This document shows, piece by piece, positions 47,601 to 56,710 of a stretch of DNA of 64,000 nt. This DNA is from Polaribacter sp. (lineage in GTDB: Bacteria > Bacteroidota > Bacteroidia > Flavobacteriales > Flavobacteriaceae): NCBI RefSeq assembly GCF_965660385.1, contig NZ_CBFHZT010000009.1, forward strand, positions 8,646 to 72,645. The letters run 5' to 3'. Within the stretch, counting starts at the first letter, position 1. Each line of letters starts with the position of its first letter. A program made the position numbers and the translations under genes. The notes below the pieces were generated by a model. The model searched no databases. It was given only the letters and a program-made list of their open reading frames with translations, and was not told the origin of the DNA.

Positions 47601-49050
47601 TTCGTTTCATCTTATTGTAAATTCAGTTCCTTTTGCCAATTTTGTGCAGGATTTAGAAATTTGTGATGATACTTCTGATGGTTCTGCAAGAAACGGATTT
47701 TCACAAGCTATTGATTTAAGTTCCCAAACTAATGACATTCTTGGTACGCAAGACCCAAGTGTACATAATGTTAGCTATCATCGTTCTTTTGCTGATGCGC
47801 AAAATGGAAATAACCCTTTGGTTTCTCCCTATTCTAACGAAACTCCAAACAGAGAAACCATTTATATAAGAATCGAAAACACAGCTACAGGTTGTGTAAA
47901 TAGTATTTCTAATTTCGATGTCATTGTAAATCCAGAACCTACTTTTGTGGCACCTACAAACTTAGCGTATTGTGATGATGCTTTAGATGGAGATGATGCC
48001 AATGGAATCATTCAAACTATAGATTTGGATAGTAAAATCCCTGAAATTTTGGGAGCCACTCAAAGTATCAATGATTTTAATGTTACCTTTCATAAATCGC
48101 AAGCGGATGCTACTTCTGGTGATGACCCTGTAGCTTCTCCTTACGAAAATACAAGCCCAACTGAAACCTTTTTTGTGCGCATTCAAAACAAGCAAACGCT
48201 TTGTATTAATGATGATGTTTCTTTTCAATTGATTGTAAATCCATTACCTGATTTTGAAGTAACAACTCCTCAAATTTTATGTTTAAATGATTTGCCTTTA
48301 AATATTGCTGTAGAAAATGCAAGAGATATCTATTCGTATCAATGGAGAGGGCCTAATGGAAACCCTATCAACACCACTTCTGTTGATAATATTGATGTAA
48401 CTGTGGCTGGAAAATATACAGTTACTGCAACCGCAACAAATGGAACGCTTTGTGAAAGAACGGAAACCATAGCTATCAATGCATCAAATATTGCCATTTT
48501 AGAACGGAGTTTTATCACCATAATTGATGAAGCTAACAATATTGGGAGTGAAGCAAATATTTCTATTGCCATTGATACCATCAATAATAATTTAGGCCCT
48601 GGAGACTATCAATTTGCAATTTTTAATCAAGATGAAAACCAAAGAATACCAAGTATTGGTTTTCAAGATGAACCTCTTTTTGAAAATTTAGAAGGTGGAA
48701 TTTACACCATTATTGTAAACGATAAAAATGGATGTTCTCCTGATACTACTTTAGAGGTTTCTGTAATTCAGTTTCCAAAATTCTTTACGCCAAATGCAGA
48801 TGGAAAAAACGATACTTGGATTGTAAAAGGAGCTAATGAAGAGTTTTATCCAAATTCAAGCATCAATATTTTTAACAGATATGGAAAATTAGTAGCGCAA
48901 GTGCCTATTGATAGCCAAGGTTGGAATGGAATTTATCAAGGAAACTTACTTCCTGCTGATGATTACTGGTTTAATATCACTTTAATTCCACCTGAAAATT
49001 CCAACAAACCTGTCATCAATAAAAAAGGAAATTTCTCGTTGTTGAGGTAA
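44620..49050 (+). CDS. Large T9SS type-B CTD surface protein (beta-propeller-like N-terminus, repeated Ig-like modules)
   Basis: Signal peptide, ANFWYFG start, repeated CDD..DG..FDL modules, and C-terminal PKFFTPNADGKNDTW...IFNRYGKL...DYWF...GNFSLLR. Confidence 0.9.
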   Translation: MRLMNKYITFLVLFCTLHLFAQKEANFWYFGENAGIKFETNTPESINGVLQTDEGSASISDANGVLQFYTDGTTVFDRNNTVMQNGTNLLGNSSSTQSAIIIPKPLDDKKYYIFTVGNQTNNGGNGVAYSEVDMQLNNNLGAITTKNNFLKGSSNAREKITSVIGKECNTYWVITTDLSNFYAYKITKDGVDNNPVISNHSFFSGLRGYLKLSPNGKKLVSATQNGGCYIYDFDNSSGIITNERGFDFSPLAYGVEFSRDSKKLYISYGDFSQFNFQGERNPPSDASIVQFNLDANNDNITDSIDDISNSRKTIYETISGYRGALQLATNGKIYYARSRTNFLGVINAPERDANQVNFNENGVDLGQGISTEGLPPFIQSFFLPIEVRDSDTNEVINDKNLKYCIGDSKIIIPEPVTGNNVQYEWSFLNGINTVFLQSSETLTLSNLDLNDSGLYLLKITLTNECGITTELNAKFSIQVFEPASATKPVDIFFCDTDRDGFHQFNLQDLKSAEVLNGLDTNVFEVLYFNNINDANTGNNALDNLFTNPNEFSSQTIYARVQNKNAPNACFAITDFILEVNNLPSPVEPTPYRICDDNESGSDTDGVVNTFILNTKDDEILGTLNKQQYDITYHTSQLGAETNDSTTLIDKNANFSVTNSRTVFVRIENKDNTDCYDANTTLELTVDSLPVLKANPLLEQCIAEGNTNPTVNLTLAEFSISETPNVIFTYFEDAATTVQISNPTSFPVQVNTTQSVYVIVTTENNCSRDVIELKINVGQTPDNAFNTLQPPVCDDFLDADGNDTDANSDTDNITNFSLDKDAILNSINSPVNTEVFFYENESDRNNSLNAIDITNFRNDISKNDVTNVPEGIQFPIYYKILSTINNDCQGLGQFFLQINAVPSAANVPDLEQCDDVLDGDNTNGIVQNFDLAAQTLAILNGQNPNDFTVTYHDSAANANTGMAPLPSPYANTTPNLQTIFVRVTNNATGCFTDHTSFHLIVNSVPFANFVQDLEICDDTSDGSARNGFSQAIDLSSQTNDILGTQDPSVHNVSYHRSFADAQNGNNPLVSPYSNETPNRETIYIRIENTATGCVNSISNFDVIVNPEPTFVAPTNLAYCDDALDGDDANGIIQTIDLDSKIPEILGATQSINDFNVTFHKSQADATSGDDPVASPYENTSPTETFFVRIQNKQTLCINDDVSFQLIVNPLPDFEVTTPQILCLNDLPLNIAVENARDIYSYQWRGPNGNPINTTSVDNIDVTVAGKYTVTATATNGTLCERTETIAINASNIAILERSFITIIDEANNIGSEANISIAIDTINNNLGPGDYQFAIFNQDENQRIPSIGFQDEPLFENLEGGIYTIIVNDKNGCSPDTTLEVSVIQFPKFFTPNADGKNDTWIVKGANEEFYPNSSINIFNRYGKLVAQVPIDSQGWNGIYQGNLLPADDYWFNITLIPPENSNKPVINKKGNFSLLR

Positions 49051-49128
49051 TAACAGGAACTAAAATTTTATAAAAAGTTTCACAGTATAATTTCTTAATT
49101 TAGCCTAAACTTAAGAAATCATATTTCT

Positions 49129-50772
49129 ATGGATATCAACTTCAACAAAAACGAAGATTACAATAAACTTTTAGTATCAGATTTAAAAAGACGTTTTGCT
49201 AAGGTAAAATTAGGAGGTGGTCAAAAAAGGATAGACAAACATCACGAAAAAGGCAAAATGACTGCTCGTGAACGTATAGAATATTTGCTTGATGCTGATA
49301 AAAAATCAATAGAAATTGGTGCTTTTGCAGGCGAAGATATGTATGATGAACATGGAGGCTGTCCTTCTGGAGGTGTCGTTGTAAAAATTGGCTATATCAA
49401 AAACAAACAATGTATTGTTGTAGCAAATGATGCTACTGTAAAAGCTGGTGCTTGGTTTCCTATAACCGGTAAAAAGAATTTACGTGCTCAAGAAATATCC
49501 ATAGAAAATAAAATCCCAATTATCTATTTGGTAGATTCTGCTGGAGTGTACCTACCCATGCAAGATGAAATTTTTCCAGATAAAGAACATTTTGGTCGTA
49601 TTTTTAGAAATAATGCGGTTATGAGTAGTATGGGCATCACACAAATATCTGCAATAATGGGTAGTTGTGTAGCTGGTGGTGCTTATTTACCAATTATGAG
49701 TGATGAAGCCCTAATTGTTGATAAAACAGCAAGTATTTTTTTAGCGGGTAGTTATTTGGTAAAAGCTGCAATAGGTGAAAGTATTGACAATGAAACCTTA
49801 GGAGGCGCAACTACACATTGTGAAATATCTGGAGTAACCGATTACAAAGCAAAAAACGACAAGGATGCTTTAGATAAAATAAAATTTATAGTCGATAAAA
49901 TTGGCGATTATGAGAAAGCTGGTTTTAGCAAAACCGAATCTTTTTCGCCAAAAGAAAACGAAGATGATATTTTCGGGATTTTACCAAAAGAACGAAATGC
50001 ACAATATGATATGTTAGAAATTATAAAGCGCTTGGTAGACAAGTCTGAATTTGAACAATACAAAGAAGGTTATGGACAAACCATACTTACTGGTTATGCT
50101 AGAATTGATGGTTGGGCAGTTGGTATTGTAGCCAATCAAAGAAAATTAGTAAAAACTACAGCTTCTAAAACGAAACCTACAGAAATGCAATTTGGTGGCG
50201 TAATTTATAATGATTCTGCTGATAAAGCGACTCGTTTTATTGCCAATTGTAATCAAAAGAAAATACCTTTAGTTTTTTTACAAGATGTTACTGGTTTTAT
50301 GGTAGGCTCAAAATCTGAACATGGAGGAATCATAAAAGATGGCGCTAAAATGGTAAATGCAGTAAGTAATTCTGTAGTGCCAAAATTTACTGTTATAATT
50401 GGCAATTCTTATGGAGCAGGTAATTATGCTATGTGTGGTAAGGCTTATGATCCTAGATTAATTTTAGCTTGGCCAAGTGCTGAGCTAGCTGTAATGAGTG
50501 GTAATTCTGCTGCAAAAGTATTGCTACAGATAGAAACTGCATCCTTAAAAAAGAAAGGAGAAGAAATCACTCCAGAAAAAGAAGCTGAACTTTTCGATAA
50601 AATAAAGTCAAAATACGATAAGCAAATATCACCTTATTATGCAGCTGCAAGAATCTGGACAGATGCTGTTATAAATCCTCTTGATACAAGAACTTGGATT
50701 TCTATGGGAATTGAAGCAGCAAATCACAGCCCTATTGAAAAACCATTTAATATGGGAGTTTTACAAGTATAA
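49129..50772 (+). CDS. Acyl-CoA carboxylase carboxyltransferase (beta) subunit
   Basis: GKMTARERI, ANDATVKAG, DSAG, GSCVAGGAY, QDVTGFMVG and GAGNYAMCG. Confidence 0.93.
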   Translation: MDINFNKNEDYNKLLVSDLKRRFAKVKLGGGQKRIDKHHEKGKMTARERIEYLLDADKKSIEIGAFAGEDMYDEHGGCPSGGVVVKIGYIKNKQCIVVANDATVKAGAWFPITGKKNLRAQEISIENKIPIIYLVDSAGVYLPMQDEIFPDKEHFGRIFRNNAVMSSMGITQISAIMGSCVAGGAYLPIMSDEALIVDKTASIFLAGSYLVKAAIGESIDNETLGGATTHCEISGVTDYKAKNDKDALDKIKFIVDKIGDYEKAGFSKTESFSPKENEDDIFGILPKERNAQYDMLEIIKRLVDKSEFEQYKEGYGQTILTGYARIDGWAVGIVANQRKLVKTTASKTKPTEMQFGGVIYNDSADKATRFIANCNQKKIPLVFLQDVTGFMVGSKSEHGGIIKDGAKMVNAVSNSVVPKFTVIIGNSYGAGNYAMCGKAYDPRLILAWPSAELAVMSGNSAAKVLLQIETASLKKKGEEITPEKEAELFDKIKSKYDKQISPYYAAARIWTDAVINPLDTRTWISMGIEAANHSPIEKPFNMGVLQV

Positions 50773-50820
50773 ATATACATGGAAAAAATCACCTAAAACT
50801 TGGTAATTCTTTCAAACTTA

Positions 50821-50864
50821 AAAAACCATAAAGTTTTCAATACCTTGAAAGCTTTATGGTTTTT
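50821..50864. terminator. Bidirectional intrinsic terminator
   Basis: 20-bp arms (AAAAACCATAAAGTTTTCAA / TTGAAAGCTTTATGGTTTTT, one G-T) with a 4-nt loop and A/T tails, between convergent genes. Confidence 0.8.
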
Positions 50865-50911
50865 AAATATTTACGTTATATAATTCAAAAAAAATGAATT
50901 TTCAGCGTAGT

Positions 50912-53281
50912 TTATAAGCCTAATATTCTTTTATACAACGGTTTTTTATCTTGCTCAACATAACCATATCCATAACCATAACCTCCTTTTGTATTTGTAT
51001 CATTTAGTACCATTGCCATATTAGGTAATTTCTTTTCTTTATACAATGTTTTAGGCACAACTAACATTCGCTTGTCTATGTAATTTGCTCTGGCAACATA
51101 CAAAACTACATCTGCCATTTCAGCTATTAACAAAGTATCAGTTACTAAACTTACTGGGGCTGTATCTGCAATAACATAATCGTAATCATTTTTTACTGTA
51201 TTCAAAAGTTCTTCAACTCTAGGGTTTAATAATAGCTCTGATGGATTTGGTGGAATTAAACCAGAAGATATAAAATCTACATTAGGAATTTCTGGAATAT
51301 TAAATTTAATATCATCTAAACCAAGTTTATCATCTAAAATGTAATTAGTTACCCCTTTACGATCTTCTATTTCTAAATAGTCAGTAATTTTTGGCGCTCT
51401 TAAATCTAACCCAACTAATAAGACTTTTTTATTGGTTAAAGCTAAAGTTGCTGCCAAATTTAATGACACAAAAGACTTCCCTTCTCCACTAGTTGTAGAC
51501 GTAATAAATATAACTTTAGCCCTAACATCTTTATTAGATTTAGCCAGAACAAAATTTAAATTTGTTCTTAGCAATCTAAAAGCTTCAGCAGAACTTGTTC
51601 TTGTTTCTTTTTTTACTATTACCTTCTCAGTAAATTCTGTATGCGGAATATCACCCAAATAAGGAATATCTAAATTATCTTCTATATCTTTTCTATTATG
51701 CAGCTTGGTATCTAAACTCATTTTAATAAAAATGAGAGCAAATGGAATAAATATTCCTAAACCGAAAGCAATTAAGTAAACAATTTTTTTATCTGGTGAT
51801 ACAGGGTTGTCAGAACTAAAAGCTACGTCTATCACTTTTGCATTTGGAACCGTTATCGCCAAAGAAATAGAGGTTTCTTCTTTTTTCTTTAACAAATATG
51901 AATATAATTCTGAGTAGATTAATTTTTGCCTGTAGGTATCTATTATTCCTCTTTCAATATTAGGTATGCTATTAACTGTTTGTTGAAGTTTTTTCAACTC
52001 AACATTGGTTTCGTTTAAACGAATCTCTATTGATTTTTTTAAGTTTTTTAAATTAGATAATAAGTTTTGTTGTAAATCTTTTATTTGATTATTTAAGGTG
52101 ATTATACTAGGATTTTTTTTACCTGAAAATCTTAATAACTTTTTTCTTTCAAGAAGTAAGGTATTGATTTGGTCTATACCTTGAGAGATACTTTCATCAG
52201 AAAAACCAAGATTAGCTGGTAGAATATCATTTTTTATTAATAGCTGTTTAACTTCTTCTTCAGCCCAGTTAATAATGGTAAGCTCTGTAATTAATTGATT
52301 TTTTTTCTTATTATTTTCAGAGTTGGTTTCTAAGGCAATTTCATTTTCTAATGGGTTTCCTGAAATACCATATTCAATTTTGTAAGTTTTTAAACTATCT
52401 TGAATGATTCCCAACCTATTCCCTAATTTTTTTAACCTTGACTCAATGAAGGCTATCGTTTTCTGCGAAACAATATTTTTATCAATTACAGCATCAAGAT
52501 TGTACTGTCGAATTAATTCATCTAAAATATGTTCTGCCTTAAATTTATTATAGTCTACAACTTCTAAATGCAAAATACTTGAAAAGTCACTTATGGGTGT
52601 AATTTTAATCCTGGAGGCATAAGAACTGATAACACTTTTTCGAGGTTTAATAACTATCAAAATAGGACTATCTAAATTTTCTGTATTTTTTTGAATTTTA
52701 AAATCTCCTAACTCCTGACTTTTAATAATTTCATTATTTCTAGAATATTGTAGGGTATCACCTTCTATACTTTTTATTACCAACTTATTTTTAGGCAAAA
52801 AATTAACAACAAAAGCCGTATCAATTGATTGATGCATAGCAGTTTGTGATGTATTTATAAAACTTAATTTAATACCACTATTTTTAAAGGATTCTCCTTT
52901 ACTAATATCAGCATCCTTAAAATAACTAATGTTTAAGTTTAGAGAATCTACCATTTTACCAACAATCTTTCTAGATTTTATAATAAAAATTTCATTCTCT
53001 GGATTATTTGTAGAGCTATTTCCTACAATACCTAAATCTGAAACAGCCTTAAACTCATCTGAAATACCTGATTTCAAATTGTCTTTTATCATTATATACG
53101 CTGAGGCACTGTATTGCTTAGGTGTATGTTTTAAATACAAAAAAGCTGCAACAAAAGCAAAACATAAGCCAATTAAAAACCAACCCCAGTAGCTTAAATA
53201 CTTTTCAATTTGTTCTCTTAAATCAATATTATCAATATCTTCTAAAAATTCAAATTGATCGTATTCTTGAGATTTTTTCAT
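50912..53281 (-). CDS. wzc: Wzc/GumC-type polysaccharide co-polymerase tyrosine kinase
   Basis: Two TMs around a periplasmic coiled region, Walker A STTSGEGKS, DLRAP, DTAP and a C-terminal GGYGYGYGY tyrosine cluster. Confidence 0.9.
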   Translation of the reverse strand: MKKSQEYDQFEFLEDIDNIDLREQIEKYLSYWGWFLIGLCFAFVAAFLYLKHTPKQYSASAYIMIKDNLKSGISDEFKAVSDLGIVGNSSTNNPENEIFIIKSRKIVGKMVDSLNLNISYFKDADISKGESFKNSGIKLSFINTSQTAMHQSIDTAFVVNFLPKNKLVIKSIEGDTLQYSRNNEIIKSQELGDFKIQKNTENLDSPILIVIKPRKSVISSYASRIKITPISDFSSILHLEVVDYNKFKAEHILDELIRQYNLDAVIDKNIVSQKTIAFIESRLKKLGNRLGIIQDSLKTYKIEYGISGNPLENEIALETNSENNKKKNQLITELTIINWAEEEVKQLLIKNDILPANLGFSDESISQGIDQINTLLLERKKLLRFSGKKNPSIITLNNQIKDLQQNLLSNLKNLKKSIEIRLNETNVELKKLQQTVNSIPNIERGIIDTYRQKLIYSELYSYLLKKKEETSISLAITVPNAKVIDVAFSSDNPVSPDKKIVYLIAFGLGIFIPFALIFIKMSLDTKLHNRKDIEDNLDIPYLGDIPHTEFTEKVIVKKETRTSSAEAFRLLRTNLNFVLAKSNKDVRAKVIFITSTTSGEGKSFVSLNLAATLALTNKKVLLVGLDLRAPKITDYLEIEDRKGVTNYILDDKLGLDDIKFNIPEIPNVDFISSGLIPPNPSELLLNPRVEELLNTVKNDYDYVIADTAPVSLVTDTLLIAEMADVVLYVARANYIDKRMLVVPKTLYKEKKLPNMAMVLNDTNTKGGYGYGYGYVEQDKKPLYKRILGL

Positions 53282-53605
53282 ACTATTTTATTTGTTGGGG
53301 AAAACACAAAGTATTCTATTTTCATTCTAATCTTTTAACCAATTCTTTCGAAAGAAACAATTTACTTTATCCTTTTAATATTGTCAATTTACATTATCAG
53401 ATAATCATTTCTTATATTTAAAGGCTTAATAATTTCATAGTAACCATTGAATTAATTTTTTATATCAATAATTTATTGGGTTATTATGCAAGAATCCTTA
53501 ATTAATATACCTTTTTTTAAAAAAATCAAATATATTATTCTTTTTGAGGTTGAAAAAGAAAAATTCGCTTTATATCTTAATTTTAATTACTTAAGCGAGT
53601 ATTAA

Positions 53606-54559
53606 TTATTTTTTACCAAATTGACTTTTTAAAAAGCCTAATCCGTAGCCAAAAAACTGAGTAAAAGAGGTGATGATACTTAAAAAAGCAACATTTAATT
53701 TATGAGTTCTTAAAAAAGCATCGAATAGTAATAATAAAGTATAAAATATATAGCACTGTAAGAAAAATATTATTCCTAAAAAAAGTGATAAAATACTAAT
53801 GAATAGCCCTAAAATAAAAATACTGGGAAACCAAAATGTAATTTTTGCACTTTGTGGATACTTTTTATTCAAAATAGGTCTTGCTGTACCAAAAGCAAAG
53901 GTTTGCTTAAAAAACTGTTTTAATGTACTTTTTCTTTTGTGATACACAAAGGCAGTTGTAACCAATTGAGTGGTAAAACCCTTTTGCCACAATCGAAAAG
54001 TGAGATCGATGTCTTCTCCTGTTTTCATATTAGAGAATCCTTTTGTTATTTCAAAGGCTTTTTTTGAGAGTCCTAAATTATAACTTCGCAATTGAAATTT
54101 ACCTACTCCATTTTTTTTTCCGCGAATTCCACCTGTAGTCAAAAAACTAGTCATTGCATAATTCATGGCTTTTTGCAAAGCTGTAAAGCTTTGGTGTGCT
54201 GCATCTGGACCACCAAAAGCATCTGTATAATTTGTTTGAAGTTCCTTTTTTACTTCGGATAAATACTGTTCTGGAAGAATGACATCTGAATCTAAAACGA
54301 TAAAATAATTCCCAATTGCTTGTTGCATTCCGAAATTTCGGCTTGCTCCTGCTCCACTATTTTCTTTAAAAAAGTACTTTACGTTTAATTTAGATTGATA
54401 GTTGTTTACAATATGTTGACTTTTATTGGCAGATCCGTCTTCGATAATTAAAATTTCAAAATCATCCTTGAAATCTTGTTTGGTAAGACTTGCTAGTAAT
54501 TCGTCTATTTCTTTAGGACGATTATACACTGGAATGATAATTGAAAAATTTAGGTTCAA
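53606..54559 (-). CDS. GT2 glycosyltransferase
   Basis: FSIIIPVYNRP, EDGS, GAGASRNFG, LDSD, GEDIDL, C-terminal TMs. Confidence 0.9.
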   Translation of the reverse strand: MNLNFSIIIPVYNRPKEIDELLASLTKQDFKDDFEILIIEDGSANKSQHIVNNYQSKLNVKYFFKENSGAGASRNFGMQQAIGNYFIVLDSDVILPEQYLSEVKKELQTNYTDAFGGPDAAHQSFTALQKAMNYAMTSFLTTGGIRGKKNGVGKFQLRSYNLGLSKKAFEITKGFSNMKTGEDIDLTFRLWQKGFTTQLVTTAFVYHKRKSTLKQFFKQTFAFGTARPILNKKYPQSAKITFWFPSIFILGLFISILSLFLGIIFFLQCYIFYTLLLLFDAFLRTHKLNVAFLSIITSFTQFFGYGLGFLKSQFGKK

Positions 54560-54560
54560 A

Positions 54561-55613
54561 TTATTTATCTTTAAATTGAATTTCTAAAGTGTATGAAGGA
54601 GATAAGAATAAATTTTCTTTACCCAAAACTTGCATCCCAAAATTAATGATCTTTTTTGGGAAATTTAAAATTTTATTATTGGAGTAACTGTAAAAACTAT
54701 TGGTAAATTTCACTGTTGTATTAATATCCTTAATGCTATTTTTTAGAGGTTTTAAGTCGATAATGTGTTCTGCCCAATTACCAGTTAATGGATCGCAAGT
54801 ATTGGTTGGATGCTTCTCAATACTCCTAAAATCTGAAGTTTTTAATTGATATGCTACTTCTTGTAAAATGTCCTCGCCAAATAAACCTCTAGTGTTTTTA
54901 GCAAGCAAATTTATTTTTTCGGTATTTATATTTTTAAAGTTTTCGGAAATGATTTTTTCTCTAATTTTTAAAAAAGGCAAATTTGAATCTCTTTCTTTCC
55001 AACCCTTTTTTCTCTTAGAACCCATAAATTCTGCTTGACGATGTATTTTTTTTAATTTATAATTAATGTATGGATTACTTGAATTTGCACTAGTCATAAA
55101 ACATAATGAAAAAGGTCGTTGAATTTCCTTTATTTTTTTAAACCAATCTTCTAAATTGTAGATATGTTCTAAAACATCAAAAGAGCAAATATGATCAATT
55201 TTTATATTATTACTTTTTATTGTATTGATAAATTGTTCGATATCTCCTGTGATAAAATCATCTACTTTTAGACCAATTGCAGATGATATTACTTTTACAT
55301 CTTCTGTTGAAACCTCATAAATATCATTATAAATTACTCTTTTGAAGCCTAACTCTACTGCTAAAAAGGTTAAAATTCCACAACCACCTCCATAATCTAC
55401 AAAGCTACTTTCAGAAATAGGCTTCTGTAAATTCTGTATCACTTTTTTTAAAAGTGTTTTATACAAGGGCATAAAGAAGTCTAGATTGTCTTTATACTCT
55501 TTTAGATACCTTTTGTTATAATCTGAAATTAAAAGATCTTCACAATCTAAAAGTCGTATTTTTTTTGATAAACCGTGAATTGCTTTATCGATTAAAACTT
55601 CTGAGTTATTCAT
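54561..55613 (-). CDS. Class I SAM-dependent methyltransferase
   Basis: Motif I FVDYGGGCG and ICSFDVLEHIY. One-base gap to the GT2 gene. Confidence 0.8.
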   Translation of the reverse strand: MNNSEVLIDKAIHGLSKKIRLLDCEDLLISDYNKRYLKEYKDNLDFFMPLYKTLLKKVIQNLQKPISESSFVDYGGGCGILTFLAVELGFKRVIYNDIYEVSTEDVKVISSAIGLKVDDFITGDIEQFINTIKSNNIKIDHICSFDVLEHIYNLEDWFKKIKEIQRPFSLCFMTSANSSNPYINYKLKKIHRQAEFMGSKRKKGWKERDSNLPFLKIREKIISENFKNINTEKINLLAKNTRGLFGEDILQEVAYQLKTSDFRSIEKHPTNTCDPLTGNWAEHIIDLKPLKNSIKDINTTVKFTNSFYSYSNNKILNFPKKIINFGMQVLGKENLFLSPSYTLEIQFKDK

Positions 55614-55729
55614 AATTATGAATTAAATAGCAATTTACAAAAAGGATTTAACAAAAAAATATAAACATAAATTGATTCTGTTTTTTATTTTATTGAAAAT
55701 CGATTTGTTTTAAGTTTTCTAAAAATTGG

Positions 55730-55822
55730 CAAACTAGTATAGCCCTGATTGAGCGACTTGTTTGAAATCTTTTTTGTTCTGAAAGACAAAAAAATTGAGT
55801 AGCGAAAGCAGGAAATAGCTTC
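55730..55822. repeat. Structured intergenic repeat, copy 3 of 3
   Basis: CAAACTAGTATAGCCCTGATTG ... GAAAGCAGGAAATAGCTTC with a T-rich/A-rich internal hairpin. Confidence 0.8.
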
Positions 55823-55830
55823 AAATAAAA

Positions 55831-56637
55831 CTACTCGAACTTTTCCATTACAGGATCACTAACGCCCATATTAGAGAATCCACCATCGTGAAACAAATTC
55901 TGTAAAGTAACTTTTTTAGTTAAATCTGAGAATAATGAAATTGTATAATCTGCACATTCTAAGGCTGTTGCATTTCCTAAAGGACTCATTTTTTCTGCAT
56001 ATTCTATAAAACCATCAAATCCTTTTACGCCACTACCTGCAGTGGTTGGTGTTGGCGATTGAGAAATGGTATTAACGCGTACTTTATGATCTCTACCAAA
56101 AAAATAGCCGAAACTACGTGCTATACTTTCTAAATAAGCTTTGTTATCTGCCATATCATTATAATCTGGAAAAACACGTTGTGCAGCCATATAAGTTAAA
56201 GCAACAATAGAACCCCACTCTGACATGGCATTTTTATTGTACAAAACGTTCATTACTTTATGGAATGAAACTGCTGAAATATCCCAACCTTTTGTAGTAA
56301 AATCGTATTTAGGATCTGTGTAATGTTTGCCTTTTCTAACATTTAAAGACATGCCAATGGAATGCAAAACAAAATCGATTTTACCTCCTAAAATCTCCAT
56401 TGATTTTTCTACCAAGTCTGACAAATCGTCCATAGAAGTAGCGTCTGCAGCAATAACTTGTGAACCAGTTTTTTCTGCTAAGGCATTCAATTCTCCCATT
56501 CTTAAGGCTATTGGTGCGTTAGTTAATACAAATTCTGCACCTTCTTCATGCGCTCTTTCTGCTACTTTCCAAGCAATTGAATGCTCGTTTAATGCGCCAA
56601 AAATAATTCCTTTTTTTCCTTTTAGTAAGTTGTACAT
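55831..56637 (-). CDS. fabI: Enoyl-ACP reductase
   Basis: GALNEHSIAW, HSIG, YNDMADNKA catalytic Tyr/Lys and RVNTISQSP. Confidence 0.92.
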   Translation of the reverse strand: MYNLLKGKKGIIFGALNEHSIAWKVAERAHEEGAEFVLTNAPIALRMGELNALAEKTGSQVIAADATSMDDLSDLVEKSMEILGGKIDFVLHSIGMSLNVRKGKHYTDPKYDFTTKGWDISAVSFHKVMNVLYNKNAMSEWGSIVALTYMAAQRVFPDYNDMADNKAYLESIARSFGYFFGRDHKVRVNTISQSPTPTTAGSGVKGFDGFIEYAEKMSPLGNATALECADYTISLFSDLTKKVTLQNLFHDGGFSNMGVSDPVMEKFE

Positions 56638-56641
56638 TGTG

Positions 56642-56669
56642 GTTATTGGTTTTTAGTTATTGGTTTTTA
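56642..56669. repeat. Tandem 14-mer (two alternating heptamers), 2 copies
   Basis: GTTATTGGTTTTTA repeated exactly twice, directly upstream of the fabI start. Confidence 0.75.
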
Positions 56670-56710
56670 GTGCTAGACTGCGCTCTAACTGACAATAAAA
56701 ATAGCAAAAG

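Noticed and set aside
50960-50985. CCATAA-type short tandem repeat as a regulatory microsatellite
   Set aside because: It simply encodes the GYGYGY tyrosine cluster of Wzc.
53282-53605. JUMPstart/ops element or small RNA upstream of wzc
   Set aside because: Only AT-rich low-complexity sequence; no recognisable motif or stable stem seen.
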